A DNA stretch of 64,000 nt from Podarcis cretensis (Eukaryota): positions 59,148,001-59,212,000 of the forward strand of contig OX638154.1 in NCBI GenBank assembly GCA_951804945.1. The letters are read 5' to 3'. A program made the translations under genes and the position numbers. Numbering within the stretch: position 1 is the stretch's first letter; each line of letters opens with the position of its first letter. This document shows, piece by piece, positions 1 through 12,515 of this stretch. The notes beneath the pieces are model-generated. The model was not told the DNA's origin. It saw only the letters and a program-made list of their open reading frames with translations, and made no database searches.

Positions 1-189
1 TCAGATTTACATTCCACATATGTTCGCTGCCTCAAGGCTATATGTAAAAAAAAAAATGCTCTGAAGAAGAACGGTCAATTTTGGATGCATAATTATTCTA
101 GGTATGATTCAGAGGTTTTCAGAAAGCAAAACTGCTCCAGCTCTGTCTGCAGCAATTTGACTCTCAAGTGTATTAGACCTTATTAGAAT

Positions 190-385
190 GGGTGGTCGGG
201 CGGCTCATGGGATTGGTAATGGGATACTGAGACTTTCACCTCCAGGTCACCCTCTGCTCGAAATATCGCCCAGCTCCATGATGATTGAGAAGGCTTTACA
301 GTCTGGAAGCTGTTCGGCTGTCGAAAGGAGCTGAGAAGGTACGGACGGGCTTAAACACTGCACCCGGCGCCCCTTTGCTGCAGGG
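190..385 (+). mobile_element. LF-SINE relic (5' tRNA-like head and adjacent body)
   Basis: tggtaatgggatactgagactttcacctccaggtcac...gcccag...tctggaagctgttcgg resembles the LF-SINE 5' consensus as recalled (TGGTAATGGGATACAGAGCCTTTCACCTCTAGGTCAC...GCCCAGG...TCTGACGGCTGTTCGG). The 3' boundary is uncertain. Confidence 0.7.
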
Positions 386-610
386 AGAATGCCTGTCAAC
401 AAGTCCTTGCACAAACCCTCTCGTTTAAATCTTGAGCAGCACAGTTAGAAGAACAATCTGGCAACCCACAAAGTCGAGGCTGCTGTGCACAGGGCCCTGC
501 ACACAACACATGCTCTCTCTAACCAGATAGCACCGAAAAGCAGGTTGCACCCAAACGGATGGTGCAGAGCTGCTGCTGCTCTTGCTCCTCCTGCAGGAGA
601 CAAATGGAAA

Positions 611-728
611 AGAGCATGAGACTCTTGATTTCAGGTCAGGTTCAAGCCCCTCGTTGGGCAAAAGATTCCTGAACTGGGGATTGGACTAGTTGACCCTCGT
701 GGTCCCTTCCAACTCTACGATTCTATGA
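611..728 (+). mobile_element. SINE with tRNA-Lys(CTT)-derived head and CR1-type 3' tail (5' truncated)
   Basis: agagcatgagactcttga...ggttcaagcccctcgttgggc (tRNA-Lys-like), followed by ttggactagttgaccctcgtggtcccttccaactctacgattctatga (CR1 3' end with ATTCTATG). Confidence 0.85.
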
Positions 729-957
729 ATCAAGAAGTGTCTGGTTCAATCACATCTCTACCATGAACATACCAGGCAAGCTACTTTCTCAGCACGAGTT
801 CCCACGCCTACATCATGTACAATATGGAGAATAATTAGTTTTTTACCTTGCAAGGTTGTTGTAAGGATTGCAACTAGATAATGCATGTGAAACATTTTGA
901 ACCCATTGGAGTAGTTTGAAATATTTGCATGTGCCCTGTGAAGAGGCTTTCGACACA

Positions 958-958
<1 letters not shown>

Positions 959-1004
<46 letters not shown>
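959..1004. repeat. (AC)n microsatellite
   Basis: Perfect AC run seen directly. Confidence 0.98.
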
Positions 1005-1006
<2 letters not shown>

Positions 1007-2626
1007 CTCTTCAATGAACAAGCAAAATCCTCATTGGTAAATGAGTAAAACTGGACGCCTGCTTCAGCTTCGACACTTGATAGAATTACAATCCTATATC
1101 CTTTTTCCTGAGGTTTTGACAGGTAGTCTTAATCTGAAACTGCAATTGATACAAAAACATGCAAATAGGCACCAAGTTCAGAAGCAGTAAGCTATGTGAT
1201 GATGTTAAGATTGTATGGTGACAAATCTCTGCTGGGAGAGAGAATCTATGTTCTTACTCTTTTATTGCTTCACTTTTGTGGCTATGTGTGTGTGTGTGCG
1301 TGTGCACGCGCAGCGCTCTCCATCCGTCTTGGCTAAACTCCAATAAAGGCGGTTCAAGTTGCACTTAAGCTTCCTTATATATTTTCAATTACACCCTAAT
1401 TGAAAAAGTGATCTTCATCTTTCTGTTCATGTTTCAAAAGTGTTGCCATTTGCTCTTCTAAAGCAACAGTCTACTATATCCCAGATACAATTGAATTCCA
1501 TTTGACAAAGCTGCTTGAAGATAGTTTCTGATTTATTTATTTTTAGAGGAGCTACACGGAGGGTGAATCAAGTACAGTTGAGCACCTGTAATAAGTCCAT
1601 TGGATAAATTGTTAAAGCAGTAACTTCCTTGGGATTTTGCTAGTTCCTATTAAGCAGGTACACCGGATTGGCTAGCGTTATGTCTCACATGGATTAATAC
1701 TCCCCTTTTGCAACTGAAACCGGGTGAACTCCTTCAAGTGTCAAAGGGGCAATACAAAAATGCCTACATGTACTTTGCAGCACAAAGCTGGACCACATCT
1801 CATGAGCAAAGTGGCCATTAACTGTATCCGGCCAGAGCCTGGTGGAGTTTGCTGCCTGCAGGACTGCAAGCGTCAGCTGCCACTGGGTCAGAAATCAGAA
1901 TCTCTTCATGGGAGGGAGCATCACGTTAGTCCTTATGATTAGCTAAACGGTATGATCTACCAGCTCATAATAAATCAGAAAGCAATTTTGCACATGCTGC
2001 TTTTAACTCTTGGGATATCAGGCTTTTATTGAAGTATATGGAACTCAAGAGGCTTGTAGTTCACCAGGTTAACTCAGGTTTTGAAGGGGACATAGAAAAA
2101 AGACTGTAAAAAGGTAGCATACAGACAAGACAACCTCAGTGCCTCAGAGTTGCTCTCTGGGTTGCCAAAAATCTAGCCAGCTAGTCTCCATATTAACACC
2201 TACCTCTCAATTCCAGGAGAATAAACTGAAACTCAAATACAGGACAGATCTAAGGGCAATTGAGTACTCATATACAACTGGTAGAAAGTTTATTAATTTG
2301 AAGTGAGGGGGGAATTCAGTCACATAAATAGTGTTTATCAATATCCAAGTCCTCCATCATGCGACTTATGTCTGTGTATAACATATAAATGGGGAAGGAG
2401 GGGGGGTGTTGCTCCTCTTCATTTTCTGTACTGTCTATGTTGCAGTGTCATGAGAGCCACAATTCACACAACACATTAACACAGAACTACAGACAAAAAC
2501 AGCAAGAAATGCTTCTTCTTTTCCAGCTTCTGTATAATGTGGCTTCTTTACAGTGGAGGCCCTGGTTCTAAATGGAAAGCTATATCCTACTAAACTGGAG
2601 TCTCAGATTCCACATGGAGATGGATG

Positions 2627-2748
2627 CTCTCTGTGGCTTAGTGGGTCAATGTGACTGGTTGTTAACCGGAAGGTTGGTGGTTCAAGCCCACCCAGGGATG
2701 GCTGTGCGCAGGATTCCTTGGGGTCCCTTCCAACTGTACAATTCTATG
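2627..2748 (+). mobile_element. SINE with tRNA-Asn(GTT)-derived head and CR1-type tail
   Basis: 2627-2700 ctctctgtggc...gttaaccggaaggttggtggttcaagcccacccagggatg resembles vertebrate tRNA-Asn. It is followed by ggattcct...ggtcccttccaactgtacaattctatg. Confidence 0.8.
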
Positions 2749-3559
2749 GCTGAGATCATGCCATCTATCTCACAAAATATAGCTTTTTATGGTGGAAATC
2801 ACAGAATGTGGGGGACTATAACCTCACAGGGGAAGAACCTTCCAGGCAATCTTTTGACAGCCGCACTCCCAGACTTAATTGTATGGAAAAAGTTCCTGTT
2901 TTTGGCACAATATGCCCATTTTTAATAGGGAAAAGACGAATGCAGCACAACGCCTGTCAGTAGACTGGGTGGCAATGGCATGAAGTGTGCTTTCAGGCAT
3001 CCGGAAAGTTGGCTGATTGCCTTGCAAAGGTGCTCCGGACCCTTTCTGTTATATCTGTAAGAACCCACCACTTAATATACATGCAGAGAATGTGCATAAC
3101 CTCAGCTAGCAGACTTTCAGCATTCTTCTGGAGCAACCTCCCAAGTCTGGTCATCAAAAAGCAAGGCTTTTCATATGCCACAATACCGCTCTGTTAGAGA
3201 AGATGAACCGTAGCTTCTACAAAAAGTAATTTGAAGATCCTTATTAAGAGTCCGCTTCAGGACAACTGCCCATTCACTGTGCTTCATCTTGCCAAGCGTT
3301 TGCTGCATTCAGTAATGAAACCATTTCCCATGCGGCAATTCCCTACTAATGTTTTTCGGGTAGCTCCTCTCGATTTGTGGTTTTCAAAATATAACACTGG
3401 TCAAAAACTCAGATAGACCCCTTTGTAACACCAGAAGGAGGATCTGAGACATGTCTAAGCACAATGCTCCCAAACATGCCTCTTTCAGGTTCACTTGCCA
3501 CCAGCATTCAAAATTCATCAGGTGCCAGGAATATTATGCATCCAGCTATCAGCCACTTA

Positions 3560-3898
3560 GGGACGCGGGTGGCGCTGTGGGTTAAACCACAGAACCTAGG
3601 ACTTGCTGATCAGAAGGTCGCTGTTCGAATCCCCATGAGGAGGTGAGCTCCCATTGCTCGGTCCCTGCTCCTGCCAACCTAGCAGTTCAAAAGCACATCA
3701 AAGCGCAAGTAGATAAATAGGTACTGCTCCAGCGGGAAGGTAAATGGCGTTTCCGTGCGCTGCTCTGGTTCACCAGAAGCAGCTTAGTCATGCTGGCCAC
3801 ATGACCCGAAAGCTGAACCAATAAAGCGAGATGAGCGCTGCAACCCCAGAGTCGGCCACGACTGGACCTAATGGTCAGGGGTCCCTTTACCTTTACTT
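3560..3898 (+). mobile_element. Sauria SINE, near full length
   Basis: Head gggacgcgggtggcgctgtgggttaaacc, box B gttcgaatcc, tail (ctttac)n. 12-bp TSD tatcagccactt at 3547-3558 and 3899-3910. Small internal deletion relative to the copy at 15678. Confidence 0.92.
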
Positions 3899-5072
3899 TA
3901 TCAGCCACTTGCCTGGGGATGCTTGGATCTGGACTGTTTTCACACACTAGCAACACATCCTGTAGAATTCTATCCATTATATTTTATCTCCGCATTCAAA
4001 AAGCATTTCAGGAACCAAAAAGTCGTATTTAAAAATATGACTTTCGAGTAGTCTGGCCCCAAAATGGCAGTGAGGCATTCCATTTTGGCAACTGTAAAAG
4101 GGCGTCATTTGGTGCCTAGCTGATATATCTGAGTTTCTAACACTGCTTGGCGCAGATTCAGATATGACCCCACCCAAAGCAGCACATCTTTAGCCCATCT
4201 TCTCTGCACTCTCCTATCCCTGCACAGGCCTTAAAATAGGTGAATGTGGTGTGTGAAAAGGGCCTTGAGCAACATCTACCTGCAGTCAATCAAGGTAGGT
4301 AGGGCTGGTACATTAACAACTTAATGGAACCTAGGGCAAGATGTGCTAAAACTGTATGTAGCTGCTTTGATGTCTGGCACACTGCTGCATTCTGTTGATT
4401 TTATGGTGGTTCATTTCAGTCCTTTGGAACCTTATTCCGTAGCACAAGAAAACGTCCTGTGGCGTTCAGATGTGCCAAGTTCATTTTTGTTCAATTCTCC
4501 CTCAGCTTCCCTAGCAGATAATATCTAACATCACGATCCTCCCTTGTTTCGGTGACATGCTACCATTCATCTTTTCCAATAACTGGGAATAAAACAAATC
4601 AACTTACTGTTGTGCTTCTGGTCCTGACAGCCAGAACACAAACACTGAAATTAGCAAGTACCTAGAGGGCTATGGATTGCTGTGGCTTAACAATGCTCTA
4701 CCTTTTCCCCTTTCAGGGACAGAGGTTGCTGGGAAAACAAGCTTGGTGGTCTCAGATGGAGTCCCAGGAGGGCATTTGTCCTGAATTACTGCCACTCCTG
4801 CAAATAGCCAGAGACAAAGCATGTCACCGAGTAGCACTCTGAGCCTGATATGCAACACCTAACTTCTCACACTGACAGCTCAGCGTTATTTGACCCATCT
4901 GAACTGTTACAGCCAGTTAAAAGACACCTGGTAAATAAGCATTACTTAGAACAGAGATATTTAAAAAGGAGGGCATACAAGATTTAATTTCTTCTCTCCC
5001 TGCCCCCAGCCACCAAATGCTGTAGTTAATTCTTTTTTCCAGGTAACTTTCACCAGGAAGAACAGTGATCAC

Positions 5073-5098
<26 letters not shown>
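5073..5098. repeat. (TG)n microsatellite
   Basis: Seen directly. Confidence 0.97.
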
Positions 5099-5104
<6 letters not shown>

Positions 5105-5571
5105 CACACACACAAGCACATGCTCTATAGCTTCAATGTCTGCTTCAGTAAGCAGGTTGTGTTCTGAACTGTATTCGGTAAAAAATGCAGGACGCTGAGA
5201 ACAAAGGGTTCTTTCTTCACCATGTTTGTCATGCATTTGATCTGGACAGTCTGTCAACAGGTTCTCCATCTCCATCATAAATCCTATTCCCTTCACAAAG
5301 ATGCATCTACTGAGCTCTTTTCACACATGATCCTCGTATTAACTCTCTGCACTTCAGGCAAATGCAGTGTTAAGTATTTCATACAAAAACCATACAGAGG
5401 ACTGATTACCCAAAACTCATATTCCTTACACAGCACAAACATACAAACAAGCTCCACGGGTTTTAGGCCAATGCACATTATTCTTCAAGAAAACCTTCCG
5501 ATAACCAGGCATCTTTTTTGAATGGAGGACACTAATAATATTACTAATACTATTTATATGACAAATAATAC

Positions 5572-5710
5572 TGTGGCACCTTGAGGACTAATTTTTATTA
5601 GGACACAAGTTTTCATGGATGACAAAATGTAGTCCACTATTTGCTGGATTACTCAGCCATAGAAGCATATGTCATAATAAATTTGTTGGTTTTGAAACAG
5701 ACTGATACAG
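5572..5710. mobile_element. Penelope-like terminal-repeat relic (quasi-palindromic)
   Basis: tgtggcaccttgaggactaa...aagttttcatgga...cataataaatttgttgg resembles reptile Penelope terminal sequence and is similar to 12190-12245. Confidence 0.55.
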
Positions 5711-5964
5711 CAAAATCATATTGCTACCCATATTATTTATATCCAAACAAGAAAAGTGTGGTTTAATACGGCTTACTTACCAGGAAATAAAATCAGTTTC
5801 CTGTTAAGATGCAGATGGAAATTGTGGCTTCCACAAGCTCTGATAGAAGCACCAAAACTTGTAACTCAATGGGAAGATGACACTCATTCTCAGCTTAATA
5901 AGCAATGCTGAAATCCAAGTAAATCATACTCTTGGGGAGATCCACTAACACTGGACCTATGTTA

Positions 5965-6343
5965 GGCTGCATTCAGACAACACTTTATTTCCTTTCCCCA
6001 ATGTTTCCTTACCTGTTAATGTTTGTTCTATGTGGTCTTTCATACAACAAAAAAACACTAGGTCTGGAAATCTGGCAAAATCTAGTGAAAGCTTAGTACT
6101 CACTTATGTGAACTGCTTCGGGGGGGGGGGGCTAGGAACCCCTAATATTGCAGGAGCTTTGTTCAAATAATGAAATTTTGGGCAGCATTTTGGCATTCCA
6201 AGCAGTGAATCATGGGAGAACAGAAGCACCCATGCCCCCAAAGGGTGAGGGAGTAGCAACATCCCCAATGATGTTGGGTCCTTGTGCCATACCACACCCA
6301 GTGGTGTGAATTAAATTTAATACACCCCATGTTTGAATGCAGC
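5965..6343. mobile_element. MITE with gctgcattcagaca / tgtttgaatgcagc TIRs (PIF/Harbinger-like)
   Basis: Terminal inverted repeats are visible. The 5' ~120 bp recurs at 40309-40430. The superfamily call is an inference. Confidence 0.6.
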
Positions 6344-8927
6344 AATAGTCATACTCGGAGTATGACTTAGTGAGATGAGGTCCATTATTGTCTGACCCAG
6401 TCCATTGTGGTTACCAATTTTTTTAAGTGGAGCTTCTTTGTGACATGTGCTTAGGGTTTCCGAATGGTCAGCTGCTGGCATTGCTGTTTTCTTCAGCCCT
6501 ACCTAAACAGTTGATTTCACCTCCCTGAAATATTTTTATAGGAATGGGACATTAGCTGAAACTGTAGGGTTCAACACAGATGCTTCCGCAAAAGGACTGA
6601 ATACAGCTCTTTGTAAATCCAAGTGTCACTCGCCTCAGCATAATAAAACTGTGAGTTAAAAGCACTGCATATATTTGGGAAACACCCACCCACAGAGTGA
6701 CTGAGAATTCAAATGGGCTTGGAGCGTTGCATATGGTCGCCTCATTGTTGTCTTGCAGCCTGGCCCTAGCCAATGGGCTTGGTCCCACCCCATTCATAAC
6801 TCAGAGGTTCTTTACGTCAATGCATGAAAGCATAATAATGAGTCTGACTCAGTCTTTACCAAGAGACTCGGCTAGCCAGGTGAAGTCAGCAATCAATCTG
6901 TTCATTTGCAGAACACAGCAGATGTTTACAGGGCCCCAGGAACAGTAGCAATACTTTTCATTTTTAATCTTTTCTACTAACAAGGCTCAGCTAGTGCAGA
7001 ATTTGAAAGGTATTCTTTCTCCCATTTCCCCCAACTAACTCGTGAGCTTTTCTGCTAGTGTATAGGGTGAAGTTCTACTTTCATCAAGTTAAAATTTTCC
7101 AGAGTTGTGGGAAATAAATTGTTTTAATGGCAGCAGATGTCAAGGTAACATGCATGGAACGTCAGTGATATGCACCAATAAACGTATTTAAATCTGCACA
7201 AACACTCGAACGGCACCTAGTTTGTAAGCTGAGTTCCTATCTTCTGTGTGTGCTTGCTGTTAGAACATACCCCTCAGAATAACTTCTTTGGCTAGCAGAA
7301 TACCTTATATTTTCCTTTGGTACATGATACAACCTTTGCTAGTATATACTGCTTGAGATTCTTAAAATTAGTATTTGGGAGGAAGATCTTCTGACATTTT
7401 ACAAGTGAGCTTTTTAGCAACAAGGAAGCACAAATTTTGAAGCTAAGACTGAAAGGCACACCAACTCGCGAATCTAAATGACAGAAGCATATTCACACTC
7501 CCCACTCCATCCACAAGGACCTGATAAAATATTGGTCCCTAGTTTCAAAAGAGAAGTCTCACTGCACAACACCATATGGTATATAGCTTATATAGGGTGT
7601 TGTACCAGTGACACTTGTCTTGTAAAAATAGGTACTATTATGGCTCAGCCATGCACGCTTTCGGCAATATTCACTTACTTTGCCTAGCTTTATATAGCAT
7701 ACTCAATTTATACTGACTATTGATTACGTATTTTATACTGGGGCAGAAATTAGTTTTGCAGGAACAAACCCAGTGTAACAGGAATGTGCTTTATTTCTGT
7801 TCTGTGCTCCGATAATTTTGTTTTTAACTAGGCTGTATGTGCTCGCATGATAAAACAGGGTTTACTCATAAAATTTTAATCCTTTCAAGGCTTTATGTAA
7901 CAGATAACACTGGGAGCGAAAATGGCCTGTAGGAAGCAGGAAGAATATGAATTTGAGGGTGACTGATCCTACTAGCAGTGGACTTGTGCATTGTACACTT
8001 GCCTGCTTAGTGGGAAATAGCATACAATAAGATGGAAGGCAGAGTGAATACTCATGCCTTAGAGACTCCATTGATGTAAAAGGAGGCTTCTTCAGAAACA
8101 GGGATGCTGAGGACTGCACTCCCATTGCCTCTCCAGCACTGTAACAGCTCTCTGCTCCCTGACTCAGTGGACCAAAGGCAGAATAGAACTTAGGTGTATG
8201 GTACGACTTCACACTGTTGACTTTAACAATGGCACATTTACCATATGCATTGCTACTAGGTTAAAGTATTGGGTTTGAACGGGGAGTTTGTAATCCCTGT
8301 GCAGCTTCTAAACTTCATCGTTGTTCTTGGACAACTAGACATTTCTGAGTCTAACCTACCCTGTTGATGAGTTACTATGCTGCACTCAACTCCATGTTTC
8401 AACTCCTCATTTAACCCATTACTCAAAATAACACATATTACTTATGATGCCGCAAACAGCAAAACCAATGAACACATATGAGTAGGTCAATGACATAGCC
8501 CAAAGCAAGCAAATCATGCTATATGCGCAATTTGGAAAAATAATTAGGTCATGAACTATTTGACCTGGGGATTGCAGGGCACAGAAAGAGGATTTTCCAC
8601 TTCAGCTTCCCTGCTTCACATTATTAGTGAATGTTGTGGTGAGTATGAGCTCAAGTCAAGTTCTTTAAAGTTTATACATGTCTTTTTATTAGCAAAGCCA
8701 TTTGCAGTGGCTGAGAATTATTATTTTTTGGGTGGGGTAATACCAACCCTTACAGTATGCTTACTGTTATGCTTCTGTAGTGCCCAAGCCAATAAACTAA
8801 AAAACCACTTGAAGGGAAAGAAGAGTTTAATTATTATTGTTTGAAATAAAACGCAAAATGAAATTTGTGCATGAGTCTACTCTTGTAACAATTCTTAATA
8901 TTTATATAGTACTTTGAATACACTGTA

Positions 8928-9070
8928 AAGTGCTTTAAGCATTCAGTTGTAGATCAGCTGAATCATTCCCTCCAAAGTAGATCAGTATTATTATCCCTAT
9001 ACTGCAGGTGAAAAGCTGAGAGAGAATGGCTTAAGATCACCTGAGTGATTTCTTGGCCGACATGAGATTT
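8928..9070 (-). mobile_element. Old MIR/CORE-like SINE fragment
   Basis: gtattattatccctatactgcaggtgaaaagctgag...aagatcacctgagtga resembles an antisense CORE domain. Confidence 0.5.
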
Positions 9071-10388
9071 TAAAGAGAAAAGTAGATTTGCTCTAATCTG
9101 AAACGAGGAAGAATCCTAAAAGTACTGAGAAATCCTCTTCTCAGAACAACATAGACATTTCAGCAGTGGCTTTCCATGTTTGAAGGATGGAACACTATTT
9201 ATTTTCCTTTGTTGCTTATTCATGTTGTTTGTAAAATATAAGTGCTGTTGCTCATTTTGCAAAACCCTTAAAAAAATTCTCTTCTCTGGGATGCCAGGAG
9301 GCAGAAACAAAACAACAACAACCGCCTCCAATTTATTTATTGTTTGTTTCCTGCCTTTCTTCCAAGGAAGCTGAGAGCTGATGACTGAAGTTTACATACT
9401 AAAGCAAAAAACTAGACACAAGGCAGGTCTGGGATGGAGAACCTCCACCATCAGGATTAAAAATTGGCAGGAAGGTACTTCAAACCATAACTAAAAGACT
9501 GTGTCCGTAGAAACCTAAGTTTCCACCTAGCAGTGCTTGGTGCTGACTGTTGTCTGGGCTGATGTCCTAGAGATGCCCCCCAAAAGAGACTGCTCTCATA
9601 AGAGTCTGGACCATAAACTCTATGGACATGGTTCCCTGATGCTTCAGTTACCGTATATCAGCTATTGGCCATTTAACCAGGGCAGACTTCAATTCTTTGC
9701 AAGAGTTTATGCCAGAGAAATACAAATAAGACTTCAAAACTCATTGGTATGCCCAATGAATGTTTATGAGTCTTCCAAATATTCAAAGGACACCAAACCC
9801 TTTACTTGGGTGTGCTTTGGATCTGGGCAAACATTAAATAGGGAAAGCTCCTGAGACATGTGAAAAGGTTAGTTAAATGGGACAAGGCAAACCACAATTT
9901 TATTATGGCTAAAACACTCTCCAATGTCCACAGGGACAAAGAAAAATCTTGCTGAATTCAGGACTATGGAGAAGCAGCAGCAGCAGCAGCATCATCATAG
10001 AAAACTGGGCTAAAGGTTCAAAAGGGACTGAAGAACCAAATTTGGGCTCCATGTGGGAAACTGGTAGACAATTGGGGGGGGGGGGTTAACAACTTCATTC
10101 CGACCAGGAAATAATTGGCATGTGGGTTATCTAAGATGGGTTTCCTTCTGTTACTGAGAAGAACACATCATAACCGTTGAACACTAATAATATCCTGGGG
10201 TGAGGGGGAACCCTGATCCAAACTTTCCAGCAAGATACTTTTAAAGATATGGAATGTCTGTTTGCATTGGTCAACTAGCAAGAAACCTTTGAGCCAATGA
10301 CATTACACACAGAGAACAATTCTAACCGCGTCTAGTCAGAAATCAGTCCTACTGAATTTAATAGGACCTACTCCCACGTACCGTAAGT

Positions 10389-10521
10389 TAAGGTTACCAG
10401 ATCTTTTTCAATGAATCTGGGGACACTTTTCAACTTCCTACTAAATAGATGGATTTTGTCAGGGGACTGATTTGTAAATCTGGGGACTGTCCCCGGGAAA
10501 CAGGGACATCAGGTAACCTTA
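10389..10521. mobile_element. hAT-type MITE (133 bp)
   Basis: TIRs taaggttaccagat / atcaggtaacctta (13/14). 8-bp TSD ccgtaagt / acgtaagt (7/8). Confidence 0.85.
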
Positions 10522-11643
10522 ACGTAAGTTGAGTTATTATTTCAGCCTTAGTAGGGCAGACAGGGTCATACTAGGATAGACAACAGGTACTATCTGGTAC
10601 TTCTCAGCCTTCAAATAGAAACTTTTAAAAGCAGACCCCTTAAGGACATATTGCTACTAATCAGAAGATATGACTTTTGGGGGAGGGGCTAAGTGAATCA
10701 AAATAAAAGTGAGCAATGTGATATGGAGATGGTAACTGCAATTAATAATAATAATAACAATAATAATAATAACTACTACTACTATTACAACATGTAGGGA
10801 GAGAAGGATTGGTCTGCTTATTTTCATGCATGTACAGCTGCAACATGATTTGGCACATTGGCACTTTAAATAACACACACACTGCAATTGTCCACCTTGC
10901 TGCAGTTTGGCTACAGGTCTCACTGCTGCAGTTTGTCCCACTGCAGCATTTCAGCCAGTGGCTTTTGCTGACATCATATTCATTGGTACTGAAATGGGTA
11001 ACATTTCAGGACTAGCTGTAAATTTCAGCTGTGACCTCCAACGAAACAAAACTTGGTGATGCAAGTTTTTCCTCTATAGAGATTTATTCTTTTTTCTTGA
11101 GTCAAGATTACAGATTTTTGCATCACAAGCTGTTTGGCACTGGGCTGCAATATAATTGTGCCTAGATTTACTGCAGCTTCTCTAAAACCCTTACCCACAT
11201 CACTGAAAAGCCTAGCAGAAGTTTAGTGGACAGGCTAACTTCAATCTGAAAAATGTACCAGAAACTTCATAATCAAAGGCCTGCAAAACGCAAAACATGA
11301 ACCAACCAATGTACTGGTGCACTGAGTTAAAATTGTTGCTGTTTCTCTCCTCCCCCTGATCCTGTTACTACTGTGCTATTAGGGGCTAAGCCATGTTTGG
11401 GCTTAGCGCTACAAGCTCACTCCAAACAAACTACAAGCTGCAACCAAGGTTTGTTCTTGGCTTACAGCTCATGGTTTGTTTGAAGTGATAAACACCACAA
11501 ACCTGGGTTTGCACACAACTATAAGGCAAAATATTGCTTATTGATATCCATCTAGCTGCCATACCCTGCTAAAAACACTCTAAATTTCACAAACATTCTG
11601 CACATTCAAAGTTCCAACTTGTTTCAAATCCAGAATAACTCTA

Positions 11644-11869
11644 CAGTGGTACTGCGGGTTAAGTACTTAATTCGTTCCGGAGGTCCATTCTTAACCTGAA
11701 ACTGTTCTTAACCTGAAACACCACTTTAGCTAATGGGGCCTCCTGCTGCCACCACACCTCCGGAGCACGATTTCTGTTCTTATCCTGAAGCAAAGTTCTT
11801 AACCTGAAGCACTATTTCTGGGTTAGCAGAGTCTGTAACCTGAAGTGTATGTAACCCGAGGTACCACTG
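11644..11869 (-). mobile_element. Tc1/mariner (Tigger-like) MITE, family A
   Basis: cagtggtac...gtaccactg TIRs flanked by TA on both sides. Reverse-complement match to 52172-52413. Confidence 0.92.
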
Positions 11870-12159
11870 TATAGATTACTAAAACTTCAACATAAATCAC
11901 ACATTAAGTGACTGAAACACACTTGTGCAAAAAATATTTAGGGATACAAATCAATATCCTGCAAATTTTAGCTGTCGTTACATTTATGTCCCTTAAACCT
12001 GCAGGTGTAACTTTAAACGCAGGGGCAATGGCAAATGGGGGGGGGGGGGATTTTCGTCCTCATGCCTACCCATGCAAAGAGAGAACTACTCCCAATAAGA
12101 AAATATGCAGATATGCTTAATTTGAAAGATTTACACATTTCAGAATACAGAGGGATTAT

Positions 12160-12515
12160 CGTGTTAGCATGTTGCATTAAAACAGTCTTGTGGAACCTTA
12201 AAGACTTACTGAGGCACAAGCTTTTGTGAGCTCGTCCACTTCATCCAATGCACAAAGTGTCCTCTGTTAGTGCGTATATATTATATGTATATATATATTA
12301 TATTATATTATATATTATATATTATACGAGTAATGGAGGGAGAATTGTAGAGTCAAATAGTCATGAAATATCAAGGAGTAGCTAAAATTCAATTGAAGCC
12401 TAAATGTATGCAAAATTAACAGAGTGACCATTCGCAACGGCAGTAGCTTGGGTGGTTGTGTTAATTAACCCCCTTTAGTGGGTTAGGAAGCCATTGTCTC
12501 CATTCAAACCCAAAC
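12160..12515 (-). mobile_element. Penelope-like element 3' relic, with an AT-rich expansion at 12275-12325
   Basis: gtcttgtggaaccttaaagact...aagcttttgtgagctcgtccacttcatc terminal-type sequence. The minus strand of ~12488-12511 encodes GLNGDNGF, resembling the GLN motif that ends Penelope GIY-YIG ORFs. Confidence 0.55.

Noticed and set aside
2627-2700. Functional tRNA-Asn gene
   Set aside because: The D-arm and acceptor stem are mutated and it is fused to a CR1 tail, so it is a SINE head.
6258-6273. aacatccccaatgatg (NIPND) resembling SSBP3 exon 5
   Set aside because: Wrong strand, inside a MITE, no splice sites, and the flanking residues do not match.
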